DNA of 32,000 bases, taken from the NCBI GenBank assembly GCA_004284765.1, contig NQJD01000023.1:1-32000 (forward strand). The letters run 5' to 3'. This document shows positions 23,765-32,000 of the stretch, piece after piece (position 1 is the stretch's first letter; each line of letters begins with the position of its first letter). Under the pieces are notes generated by a model. The model was not told the origin of the DNA. It saw nothing but the letters and a program-made list of their open reading frames with translations, and made no database searches. Origin of the DNA: Candidatus Electronema aureum. GTDB taxonomy: Bacteria > Desulfobacterota > Desulfobulbia > Desulfobulbales > Desulfobulbaceae. Position numbers and translations under genes: made by a program.

Positions 23765-25411
23765 TTAATTATACCCCTTCGCCTCTCTGAACGCCTGCAC
23801 CACATCCTTGCGGCCATCAAACATCCGGCCTGACATGGCCTCAGCAAAGGCTTTCATCTGCTCAGGCTTGGCATCACCAAAGAGGATGGTGAAGACCGGC
23901 ACATCCTTGCCCATGTTCGTGCCACCGATCAGCGTCTGGAACTGGTTGAGACTGCCTTCACTCATGCCGTCACTCATCACAATCACCGAGGAATGATACG
24001 TGCCAGATTCAGCCAGCAGCTTCATCTGCTTCATCGCTTCTGCCGCGCCCACGTACATATTGGTGCCGCCGCCCGGCTCCAAGGCTTCTACTTTGGCAAG
24101 CAGCTCGCCCAGCACTTGCGGGTCATTTCCTTTGGCCTCAAAGGAGGGCATCACCCCGCTGTTGAAGGGCACGATGATGGTCATATCCTCTGGCGAGGCT
24201 TGGAGCAGGTATTCTTTGGCAATCCGCTGATCAAGCAAGGTACGCATCGCCTTGCGCAGTTGCTCCACGCCCGTGCCTGCCATACTGCCCGAGTAATCCA
24301 GCACATACGCAGTAAGCGAGGGCTTGCGGAAGGCAGTCTGGTAAAGGTTAAGAGCCTCTGAGACCACTGGTGCGGCGGGAATTCTAATCGGCGTGAGGAT
24401 GCGGCTGAGGTTGATACCCCAGTCAGGATTGAAGACTGCGTTCAGGGCCGCAGCCTTGGCCGGATCAGCCTCCATGCCAATCAAACCAGTGCGGCGGCCT
24501 TGAGCCTGAATGCTATCTTGCACTGCCGGACTAAGCAGGTATTCTTGCAGCTTGGCAAAGACCGCCTCCTTTGCCGCGTCGCCTTTAGCAATGAAGCCGA
24601 GCGGACTGTCAGCGATGGAGATGCCATCGACGGGATACACTGCATACAGCGGCTCTTGGCCGGGCGGCAATTGGCGGTTGAACTCAATCACCATTGCCTC
24701 ATAATTGACCATGCCGTCATAATACAAATACTCCTTGAGCAGCATGTCCTTCAGCCAGCCAGAGCTGCCCGAAGAGCGGTTGACACTGCGCAGGAATCGC
24801 TTGATCTTGTCCGCCGCTTTTGGGTCATTCAGATGCTCGTTCGTCAGCACCTCTGGCCCGCCGGCAAAGGCGGAGAGGAAGGCGAGAAAAGCCGAGGTGC
24901 CGGAGTTAGACTGAGTAGCTGAGGTCATAGCAAAGCGGACATTGCCCTTCTCTACCGCCTCCAGAATCTCCATCACGGTGACATCTTTCTTGTCCCAGCC
25001 AAGCTTGCTGGCAATGGACTTCTTGACCGCAAAGACCACCGGGCTGCGCATGATCGACTTGGCGTTCTTGACCACGCCCTGCTTGTCGCCGAGCGAAAGC
25101 CAGAGACCAGAGGCAGGCCAGATTGCGTCGAACTGTGAGCCTACGCCCTTAGCCAGCTCTAAGCTGATATCAACCGAACCCATGTACTTGATCGAAATGC
25201 CGATGCTCTGCTGCTGGGCAAACTGCTGAAGCAGCGGTTCCAAGGTGCTGTTCTCAGAGCCGGAGACAATGGACAAGGAGCCAACTGGACTAGGGCTGGG
25301 GACTGCTTGCTGATTTGGCGAAGATTGAGGCGGCTGGCTTTGGTCGCAACCGAAAAGGGCAAGAACGGCGAGACTGGTGATCAGAACAATAAAATTACGG
25401 AACGGCTTCAT
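23765..25411 (-). CDS. Lipoprotein with N-terminal PBP-like (solute-binding fold) domain fused to a C-terminal von Willebrand A domain
   Basis: Lipobox ALFG-C and a Q/P/S-rich linker, then the PBP-like domain (see 21058..22161). The C-terminal vWA domain has a complete MIDAS: VLDYSGSM, GGGTNMY, VIVMSDGMSEG. GGGAGGAAG Shine-Dalgarno. Confidence 0.8.
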   Translation of the reverse strand: MKPFRNFIVLITSLAVLALFGCDQSQPPQSSPNQQAVPSPSPVGSLSIVSGSENSTLEPLLQQFAQQQSIGISIKYMGSVDISLELAKGVGSQFDAIWPASGLWLSLGDKQGVVKNAKSIMRSPVVFAVKKSIASKLGWDKKDVTVMEILEAVEKGNVRFAMTSATQSNSGTSAFLAFLSAFAGGPEVLTNEHLNDPKAADKIKRFLRSVNRSSGSSGWLKDMLLKEYLYYDGMVNYEAMVIEFNRQLPPGQEPLYAVYPVDGISIADSPLGFIAKGDAAKEAVFAKLQEYLLSPAVQDSIQAQGRRTGLIGMEADPAKAAALNAVFNPDWGINLSRILTPIRIPAAPVVSEALNLYQTAFRKPSLTAYVLDYSGSMAGTGVEQLRKAMRTLLDQRIAKEYLLQASPEDMTIIVPFNSGVMPSFEAKGNDPQVLGELLAKVEALEPGGGTNMYVGAAEAMKQMKLLAESGTYHSSVIVMSDGMSEGSLNQFQTLIGGTNMGKDVPVFTILFGDAKPEQMKAFAEAMSGRMFDGRKDVVQAFREAKGYN

Positions 25412-25463
25412 GCGCTTCCTCCCGGAAGATACCTAGCTGAAATCAGGATGGCTGACTCGTCCA

Positions 25464-25493
25464 ACCGTACCCGTAGTGTCGCAGGAGTGTCAA
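25464..25493 (-). promoter_or_regulatory. Candidate sigma70 promoter for the PBP-vWA...telA operon
   Basis: On the minus strand, TTGACA (25493-25488), an 18-nt spacer, then TACGGT (25469-25464). The -35 is perfect and the -10 is weak. It lies about 50 nt upstream of ATG 25411. Confidence 0.25.
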
Positions 25494-25817
25494 GAAATAC
25501 GTGAGTAGCCCTACGGTGCCTGTCAGCATCAGTTGTCCTCTGTCGCATAGGGAGTAGGTGCGCCTCTTTTACTGAACGAAGCAGGCAGTAAAAACGCAGG
25601 TAATAGTGAATCGTAAGTACAAGATAGAGTGACACTGAAGAAAGAGATGCAATTTGTTAGCATTGCGGTATAATAAATAATTCCTTTCGGTTGCCTTGCA
25701 TCGAGGGGTTGGCGCAAGCGATTTTAAATTGGCAAAGGAAGCAGAAAAACAAGCCATATCGAAAAACTCAATTTTAAACAGTGATCCTACACAATGAAAA
25801 ATAGAGGAACCTAAGCA

Positions 25818-26147
25818 ATGACGAGTAAAGAATACTGCATCGTCATTACTACTTTTACCGATGACCGCAATGGGCAGCAAATTATTGATGCCCTGCTTGC
25901 GGAACGGTTGGCCGCTTGCGTACAGGTATTGCCGATTCAGAGTTTTTATCATTGGCAGGGCAAGGTCAACTGTGATGCCGAGAAATTGGTGCTGATCAAG
26001 ACAAAGTGTAGCCTGTACGCCCAAGTACAGCAAACGATTCTCTCCCATCACGCTTACGAAGTGCCGGAAATCATCCAAGTGCCGATAACGGACGGCTTGC
26101 CAGCGTATTTGAACTGGATTAGTAAGGAATGCAGAGCGCAGAACTGA
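25818..26147 (+). CDS. cutA: CutA1 divalent-cation tolerance protein
   Basis: 109 aa with ..VITT......A..IA..L.E..LAACVQ..P..S.Y.W.G.......E..L.IKT.......V...I...H.YEVPEII..PI the classic CutA pattern. Confidence 0.85.
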   Translation: MTSKEYCIVITTFTDDRNGQQIIDALLAERLAACVQVLPIQSFYHWQGKVNCDAEKLVLIKTKCSLYAQVQQTILSHHAYEVPEIIQVPITDGLPAYLNWISKECRAQN

Positions 26148-26189
26148 AGCCCCGTACCTCTGCGATCATAACAAGAAGAGGAAACATCC

Positions 26190-26906
26190 ATGAAACGAAA
26201 GATCATTGAAATCAACGAGGAACTTTGCACTGGCTGCGGCGAGTGCATCCCTAACTGCGCAGAAGGTTCGTTACGGATCATTGACGGCAAGGCCCGCTTA
26301 GTGGCGGACAAACTCTGCGACGGCCTTGGTGCTTGTCTGGGCCATTGTCCAGCTGGTGCCTTGGTGATTATCGAACGGGAAGCAGAGGACTTTGACCAAG
26401 AGGCAGTGGATCAATTCTTGGCCGCAGAAAAGACGCAACCGCCGAGCCGTTGTCCATCTGCCCAGCTGAAGATGATGCAGCCGTCCTCCTGCGAGGCCGC
26501 TAATTCCCCGTCTGCACAGACAGGCAGTGCGCTCAGTCATTGGCCGGTGCAAATCCGCCTTGTTCCACCCAGCGCACCGTTCTTGGAGAATTGCGATCTG
26601 CTGATTGCTGCTGACTGCACAGCACTTGCCTATGCTGGCTTGCAGCAGGATTTCCTCCAAGGCCGCAAGGTGATGATGGGCTGCCCGAAATTCGATGACC
26701 AGCAGCTTTATGTTGATCGCTTTACCGAGCTATTTAAAACCAGACAGCTCAAGTCAGTAACGCTACTGATCATGGAAGTACCTTGCTGCTCGGCCATGCT
26801 CCAGATTGTTAGAAGAGCATATAACCAAGCGGGGGCCAAGGTATCGGTGCAACAGGTAGTGGTCTCTACGCAAGGGGAAATTGTTGACAGGCGGGACTGG
26901 CAGTAG
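26190..26906 (+). CDS. 4Fe-4S dicluster ferredoxin-domain protein with a Cys-containing C-terminal domain
   Basis: CTGCGECIPNC and CDGLGACLGHCP cluster motifs at the N-terminus. The C-terminal region of about 130 aa (HWPVQIRLV...GCPKFDD...VPCCS) recurs in anaerobe Fe-S proteins. Confidence 0.75.
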   Translation: MKRKIIEINEELCTGCGECIPNCAEGSLRIIDGKARLVADKLCDGLGACLGHCPAGALVIIEREAEDFDQEAVDQFLAAEKTQPPSRCPSAQLKMMQPSSCEAANSPSAQTGSALSHWPVQIRLVPPSAPFLENCDLLIAADCTALAYAGLQQDFLQGRKVMMGCPKFDDQQLYVDRFTELFKTRQLKSVTLLIMEVPCCSAMLQIVRRAYNQAGAKVSVQQVVVSTQGEIVDRRDWQ

Positions 26907-26908
26907 GA

Positions 26909-29266
26909 CTAAGGCGTTTGTTGCTTATCCTTCAACTGTTTGAGTTGCTGCTGCACAGCAGCATTGATTGGCTGGATAAGCAAAGCCTGCTCGTATTCCT
27001 CAATCGCCCGGTAATCAATACCCTTACCTTTGTAGTAATCACCGAGATAGATATGAAAAGGGGCGTAATCCGGCAGCCGTTTTATGCCCTCTCGCAGTAC
27101 CTCGATTGCCTTATCTTCCTCTTTCTGCTGTTGGTAATAGGCGAAAACCTGCATGAAATACTGCGGCTGTGCCTTCGGTTCTTGGCCAATGAAGTCAAGA
27201 GCGTGTTCGGTGAAATAGTTTGCATCCACCTCATTGCCTGCGGTACGAGCCAATTGAGCATAGTTGAGCCAAGCTGAGGTCAGTTGCGGCACAACGGCAG
27301 CCTTCTTTTCTTGGGTGAAACGGTATTCAGTTAACAGGGGATAGATGCTATTCAGCAGGCGAGGATCACGCTCCAGCTCTTGGCGAAGAATATGAGTGGC
27401 TCTCGCCCGTCGCTTGCGGGACAGCTCAAACTCAGCCCAGATTATCAGTGGCCCGTCCTTGATCTGCGAACGACGATAGCCGGTTTCCACCAGCATCCGC
27501 CCTTGCAGCGGATGAGCTTCTGCTTGGAGTAATCCAGCAGACTGAAGATACGTGCCTTCCATAGGCTGGAGCAAAGCGGCCTGACTGTAGAGGAGTAAGG
27601 CCGCTTTGCTCTGCTGCTGAAACTGTCGAATATTGCCCAACGCATACAGATAACTGCCGTTGAGAGGAGCTTTCTTGCCCGCTTCCTCTATCAATTCAGC
27701 CATTCGAGCAAACTGCTTCTTCGAGTCTTGGGATGAAGCTGCGGATACTTTCTGCGCCCGTTGATAGTGCCGGTCAGCAAGGATTTCTCCACCTTGGAGG
27801 AGTAGTCCAGCCAGAGCAAAGATAATCGTTGCAAGAAAAAGGGCTGTTCTTGCCTTAGCAGGTGAGGCGGATAGAGCCAGCAGGGTAGGGCGGTGCTGAT
27901 AATGTTGGCGGGTGTGTCCTGCGGAGACTAACAGGCCGCAGAGAAAGAAAAAATAAAGGCCGTTAGCCCAGTTGTGGAGGTTGAAATCAGTAATGCTAAA
28001 GAAAAGTAGCCCTGCGATCCCACTGAAAGCGGCGATGGCAGTCAGAACGCTCAAGCGGTCTTTGCGGCGGAATATCTGCCGCCAGCCGCTTCTCAGCACT
28101 GCGCCAACAAACCAAGCAGCCAAAAAGAAACCGATCAGTCCACCGTCAGTGAGTAACTCAAGATAATCATTGTGGGCGTGATCATAGATTAGGCTGTCAG
28201 CAAAACTTTTGTAACTGGGGAAAACATCAATGAAGGAGCCAAAACCTGCACCTGTAAGCAGAAAATGGGGAATTATTTTGACTGCATCCTGCCAAATGGG
28301 TAGCCGTGCGTCTTGAAGGGTTCCTGTGGCAGTGTCAAATGCCTTGTCAAATTTTGCAAAAATGGCTTCCCAACTGAACCAGCCCCCGGCTAACAGAAGT
28401 CCGCCGACTAATACCAGCAGGGTTAAAGTTTGAATTTTGCCTTGACTACGGGCCAGTAGAAAGAAAAACAGCAGTAGGGCAAAGGCAAGGCTGAGAATAC
28501 CACCCCGTGACTGGGCCAGCAGTACCGAAGCAAGAACAACAATCACGCCAAAGCCAAAGAAGAAATGCAAATTAGCCCCAGCACCAGAAAACAAATGCAG
28601 CAGCCTTTCTCGGAACGAGGCGTTTTTATCGGCGAGGGGACGGTGGAGCAGGAAGAACGCCAGTACTAAGGGGCAGGTCATGACCATAAACCCGGCGTAC
28701 TGATTTTTATAGACCCAAGGACCAAAAGAGCCGAAGCTGCTTTGCAGCGGCCTCACCCAGAACAAGGTGTCAGGCGCGGCAGCCCGTTGAAGCATTGAGG
28801 CAAAGGCAATGAAGAGTGTTAGCCAGACAATGCTAGTGACAGTGGTCGAAAGCTTTTTGCTGCTGATCAGCAGCTGCACGGTCAGGATATAAAAAAGCGC
28901 GTAGGCGGTAAAACGCATACCTTCAAGCAGCGTGGCCTGCCGGTTGACGGTCAGAGGAATCCACGTGTCTGGTGGCAACAACTCAAGAACTGGCTGATAG
29001 GCGAATGCTGTACCCGGAGAAAGTTGTTGTACCCAAGAGAACGGCAAGGGAATGCACTGAGCGTAGAGCCAGACTAAGCAGAGCACTAGGGGAATCACCC
29101 CCGGTACTCTGTAAAACACTGCTTTGCCAGATGGAAGTCGGGGGAAAAAACAAACCACGGCAGTCAAGGTCACTAACAGCTGCGCAGTGACCGTTGACCA
29201 AATTTCCGTGGTTCCGAAAGCCAGCGGGGCGAAGAAAAGAACAGCGACAAAACCAACAAAGGCCAT
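26909..29266 (-). CDS. O-antigen ligase/polymerase-like (Wzy_C) polytopic membrane protein fused to a C-terminal TPR domain
   Basis: More than 10 TM helices with the periplasmic-loop signature ..HAHNDYLELLTDGGLIGF. A C-terminal soluble region of about 280 aa has TPR-like units (YLYALGNI..., ALLLYSQAALLQP, IEEYEQALLIQP). Confidence 0.8.
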   Translation of the reverse strand: MAFVGFVAVLFFAPLAFGTTEIWSTVTAQLLVTLTAVVCFFPRLPSGKAVFYRVPGVIPLVLCLVWLYAQCIPLPFSWVQQLSPGTAFAYQPVLELLPPDTWIPLTVNRQATLLEGMRFTAYALFYILTVQLLISSKKLSTTVTSIVWLTLFIAFASMLQRAAAPDTLFWVRPLQSSFGSFGPWVYKNQYAGFMVMTCPLVLAFFLLHRPLADKNASFRERLLHLFSGAGANLHFFFGFGVIVVLASVLLAQSRGGILSLAFALLLFFFLLARSQGKIQTLTLLVLVGGLLLAGGWFSWEAIFAKFDKAFDTATGTLQDARLPIWQDAVKIIPHFLLTGAGFGSFIDVFPSYKSFADSLIYDHAHNDYLELLTDGGLIGFFLAAWFVGAVLRSGWRQIFRRKDRLSVLTAIAAFSGIAGLLFFSITDFNLHNWANGLYFFFLCGLLVSAGHTRQHYQHRPTLLALSASPAKARTALFLATIIFALAGLLLQGGEILADRHYQRAQKVSAASSQDSKKQFARMAELIEEAGKKAPLNGSYLYALGNIRQFQQQSKAALLLYSQAALLQPMEGTYLQSAGLLQAEAHPLQGRMLVETGYRRSQIKDGPLIIWAEFELSRKRRARATHILRQELERDPRLLNSIYPLLTEYRFTQEKKAAVVPQLTSAWLNYAQLARTAGNEVDANYFTEHALDFIGQEPKAQPQYFMQVFAYYQQQKEEDKAIEVLREGIKRLPDYAPFHIYLGDYYKGKGIDYRAIEEYEQALLIQPINAAVQQQLKQLKDKQQTP

Positions 29267-29275
29267 CAGTCGAGG

Positions 29276-31591
29276 CTATGCCTCCTGTTTTTGTGCTTCT
29301 TTTTTCTTCTTATCGCCCTTGTTGCTGTAAGTGCTATACTGCGAATAGTGAGAGTAAGAGGAATAATAGCCGTAATAGCCTTTGTCCGCATGTTTTTTCT
29401 TCAGTCGGTTCAGCACGATACCCAGCAGATGAGAATGGCCTTCCCGCAGCCGTTTGATGCCGCTGTCTAACATTTCGTAAGTGGTATGCCCCGCTTTCAC
29501 CACCAACACGGTGCCGTCTGCCAGCGGACCGAGTGCCAAGCTGTCCGTCACCTGTTGTACTGGCGGCGAATCGAGCAAAATAAAGTCAAATTGAGCCTGA
29601 TTTTCCTTAATCAATTGCACCATTTTACTCGAAGTCAGTAACTCTGCCGGATTGGGTGGCACCGGGCCAGAGGTGATCAAATACACCTGAGTCTCAGGTA
29701 GCTGCCGAATCAGCACTTGTTTTTCATCCGTATTGCCGGACAAATAGTTACTCAGGCCATAGGTATTAGCAATGCCAAACATGGAATGCTGCCGAGGACG
29801 ACGCATATCACAATCGACAATCAGAACTTTTTTCTCATTCTGGGCCAGAATATGGGCCAAGTTTTTGGTGGTAGTTGATTTTCCTTCCTGCTGCACCATA
29901 CTGGTCATCAGGATGACCTTTGGCGGACGTTCCGGTGTAGAAAGCATCAAGCTAGAACGAATAAGCCGGTAGCTTTCTGCCATCGGCGACAGAGGGTTAT
30001 CACGGACAAAGGTCTCAATATTATGCTTCTTGCCGGTCATATCTGCCACTGAACCGAGGACAGTAAGACCGTAACGTTCCTCAATTTCTTTACCTGAACC
30101 AGCTGTGTTATCTAAATAATCAAGGAAAAATATCAAGCCAAATCCGCCGCCCAAACCAACAACCAGTCCAATGAGCAAGGATAGCTTTTTATTCGGTTTA
30201 GACGGAAATTTTGGCAGCTCCGCCTTTTTCACCGCCCATATCTTGATATCCATAGATTCGGCGGTGACATCGGTTTTTTTGATGCTCGAAGAGAGGGCCT
30301 CAAAAACCGTTCTGTTCATATCCTTATTCCGATTCAAAATAGAATACTGAACAAAACGCTCGTTGGTGTTTTGCAGCTCGGCCTTAGTTTCGTTCATCAT
30401 AGCCGAAATATCTCGCACTTTAGCCCTTGCCAATTCGTAAGCATTCCTAGCCGCAGATGTGATTCGGTCGATTTCCGCCCGCCGTTCCCGCTGGAGCACT
30501 CGTTGCTCCTCTAATGCCTGCTGCATAGAAGGATGCTTTTCACCATATTTCGTTGATAATTCTCTGACCTTTTGTTCCGAAGTTACCATTTGGGTGCGGA
30601 GCTGTCGCAGGACAGGGTTATCTGCAAACAACGGAATAGTTTCTAACGCGCTGTAATCTTTGCCTGCTCGTGCAATTTGTTGATAAATTGCCTCTTGCTC
30701 TTTTTCCTTAGTTTGCGCTTCAGATAGCTCTTTACTGAAGCCTGAAAGCCGCTCAGGGAGGACTGTAAGCCTATTTTCCACCGTGATTATATCGTGTTCC
30801 CGCATGTATTGTTGCAGGTTTTGCTCCGAAGCTTCTAACTTTTTTTGCTCTTCTGCGGCTTTGGCAGTCATCCACTGGAGTGCGTTCCGAGCGGTGCTGG
30901 TCTTGATGTCCAAGGTTTCGTCAATGTATGCCTGCACCAACGCATCAGCAATCAGCTGCGCCATTTCCGGCTTTCTGTGCGTGTAAAACACATCAGCTAA
31001 CTTAGTGTTTCTGACCGGCTTAACACTAATGCTACGTTGAATCATCTCCGCTATTTTTTCCGCGTCACTTTCCGGTTTTGATGTGATTTTTTCACTATCT
31101 GCCGCAGTGGTATCTTCAACATTTTCTTCATTCTGGGCAAGATCGGGGCTAATCAGCCCTTCAAGCGCACCAACAGTATCTGTGATAAGAGAGGAGAGCC
31201 AGTTTATAACTAAGCTGGAGAGTCCGGGTGAAGAAGGTTTGTTTTGGAGGAAATAATGCCGGTATTTGGTATCAAGTTGGAGATTTTTTACCACCCGGAG
31301 AGTGACACTTTCACTGCGGATCATTTCGAACTGAGTCTGCTGAAAAGAGGGATCCCAGCCTGCGTAAGCATTATTGACTCCCTCAATCCGACCTGTATCA
31401 AGATTTTTATCAATCAGTATCCTTGTGGACGCTGTGTACAGGGGGATGGTTGAAAAAGCGGACAGGATAGCGGCTAAGACGGCTATACAGACAATCGTCA
31501 GCAGTAAAGCTTTACGCTTAGAGATAATACGAAAATAATCGCGCAAATGCAGGACTCTTCCCTGCCCTTCAAAGGATTCTTCTGAGTGCAT
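29276..31591 (-). CDS. wzc: Polysaccharide co-polymerase / tyrosine autokinase (Wzc/GumC/EpsG type)
   Basis: N-terminal Wzz-like TM and coiled-coil periplasmic domain, a second TM, then a BY-kinase domain with Walker A (SMVQQEGKSTTTKNLA), Walker A' (VLIVDCDMRRP) and Walker B (FILLDSPP). The tail is tyrosine-rich (KGYYGYYSSYSHYSQYSTYS). Confidence 0.85.
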   Translation of the reverse strand: MHSEESFEGQGRVLHLRDYFRIISKRKALLLTIVCIAVLAAILSAFSTIPLYTASTRILIDKNLDTGRIEGVNNAYAGWDPSFQQTQFEMIRSESVTLRVVKNLQLDTKYRHYFLQNKPSSPGLSSLVINWLSSLITDTVGALEGLISPDLAQNEENVEDTTAADSEKITSKPESDAEKIAEMIQRSISVKPVRNTKLADVFYTHRKPEMAQLIADALVQAYIDETLDIKTSTARNALQWMTAKAAEEQKKLEASEQNLQQYMREHDIITVENRLTVLPERLSGFSKELSEAQTKEKEQEAIYQQIARAGKDYSALETIPLFADNPVLRQLRTQMVTSEQKVRELSTKYGEKHPSMQQALEEQRVLQRERRAEIDRITSAARNAYELARAKVRDISAMMNETKAELQNTNERFVQYSILNRNKDMNRTVFEALSSSIKKTDVTAESMDIKIWAVKKAELPKFPSKPNKKLSLLIGLVVGLGGGFGLIFFLDYLDNTAGSGKEIEERYGLTVLGSVADMTGKKHNIETFVRDNPLSPMAESYRLIRSSLMLSTPERPPKVILMTSMVQQEGKSTTTKNLAHILAQNEKKVLIVDCDMRRPRQHSMFGIANTYGLSNYLSGNTDEKQVLIRQLPETQVYLITSGPVPPNPAELLTSSKMVQLIKENQAQFDFILLDSPPVQQVTDSLALGPLADGTVLVVKAGHTTYEMLDSGIKRLREGHSHLLGIVLNRLKKKHADKGYYGYYSSYSHYSQYSTYSNKGDKKKKEAQKQEA

Positions 31592-31639
31592 TTATTTTTT
31601 CTGTAGTGGGAGGGAGAGAATAAAAAATTTGGCAGCTGA

Positions 31640-32000
31640 TCAGAAAAAGCTCTCTGGCACTTCAATGACATCATCCGGCTGTACCAGCGTATCCATGCCT
31701 ACTTCCTCCATAACCTGCTTTTTGCCATTAGTAACTCGAACAAGTTTGATGCGTGATTCTGCTGCCATGCCGGTAAAACCGCCTGCCAAAGACACCATTT
31801 TCAGCACATTAGAATTTTTTGTCCAAGGATACGCACCTGGCTTTTTAACTTGGCCGGTGAGATAACAAACTGGAGGCTCGCCCTTGGCCACTGCAATAGT
31901 TTCACCACCAAGAATAGGAATATTGCTCGCAGCGTCTCCCTCATCAATCAGTTTTTTTACCTCGATGGTTATATTTTTTTGTCCGCCGCCTACCTCCTCG
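31640..32000 (-). CDS. Polysaccharide export protein (Wza-like, SLBB domain), 5'-truncated by the window end
   Basis: The frame stays open to position 32000 (...EEVGGGQKNITIEVKKLIDEGDAASNIPILGGETIAVAKGEPPVCYLTGQVKKPGAYPW...VQPDDVIEVPE). The G.V..PG.Y and L..GD.I.VP motifs are typical of SLBB repeats. The ORF-track start at 31891 is an internal GTG. Confidence 0.7.
   Translation of the reverse strand, partial: EEVGGGQKNITIEVKKLIDEGDAASNIPILGGETIAVAKGEPPVCYLTGQVKKPGAYPWTKNSNVLKMVSLAGGFTGMAAESRIKLVRVTNGKKQVMEEVGMDTLVQPDDVIEVPESFF

Noticed and set aside
23514-23833. Plus-strand ORFs 23514..23723 and 23615..23833 as the real coding frames of the 21-bp repeat
   Set aside because: They are antisense to the operon, and one overlaps the 3' end of the well-supported PBP-vWA gene. 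They lack a coupled or SD-preceded start. Their openness is explained by the quasi-palindromic repeat unit. The ambiguity is flagged in the findings, but the minus strand is favoured.
25545-25640. Mn2+ (yybP-ykoY) riboswitch upstream of cutA, suggested by AGGGAGTAG and a later GAGTGACAC
   Set aside because: It only partly matches the two conserved boxes (GGGGAGUAG / UUGACAUA) as I recall them. I could not draw the expected four-helix pairing. The element lies more than 170 nt from cutA and upstream of the TATAAT box.
25569-26078. 169-aa ORF on the minus strand
   Set aside because: It is antisense to the clearly recognisable cutA gene and extends into AT-rich intergenic DNA. Its peptide has no motifs and an odd composition.

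Overview
The window looks like a chromosomal segment of a Gram-negative, probably anaerobic (Desulfobacterota-like) bacterium. That assignment is an inference from gene content only: Pal, Skp, heptose kinase, Fe-S/DUF3786, radical SAM and ferredoxin proteins. Coding density is high and genes sit in tightly coupled operons. From left to right: (1) a truncated IS1-like transposase ORF at the window edge; (2) a tandem-USP gene divergent from a TauE/SafE permease pair, whose leader carries a terminator-like hairpin; (3) a long minus-strand operon skp - FeS/DUF3786 - hldA - yicC - methyltransferase - remA-like - gmk, followed by pal; (4) a plus-strand alpha-glucan phosphorylase - small protein - radical SAM operon; (5) an AMIN-domain protein convergent with a TPR-lipoprotein/LolB-like pair; (6) a Tat-exported orphan solute-binding protein plus HAMP histidine kinase; (7) a six-gene minus-strand TelA / PBP-like / XpaC-like / membrane protein / heptad-repeat mini-protein / PBP-vWA lipoprotein cluster; (8) cutA and a ferredoxin-like gene; (9) an exopolysaccharide locus with an O-antigen-ligase-TPR fusion, a Wzc-type tyrosine autokinase and a partial Wza-like exporter. 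The most interesting region is 19882-25411, a translationally coupled TelA/XpaC/vWA envelope module of unknown mechanism. It carries an AT-rich two-gene insert, and one of those genes is a 92-aa ORF made almost entirely of twelve 21-bp (heptad) tandem repeats that are open on both strands. No rRNA, tRNA or CRISPR array was seen. All family assignments come from motif recognition by eye and need HMM or BLAST confirmation.
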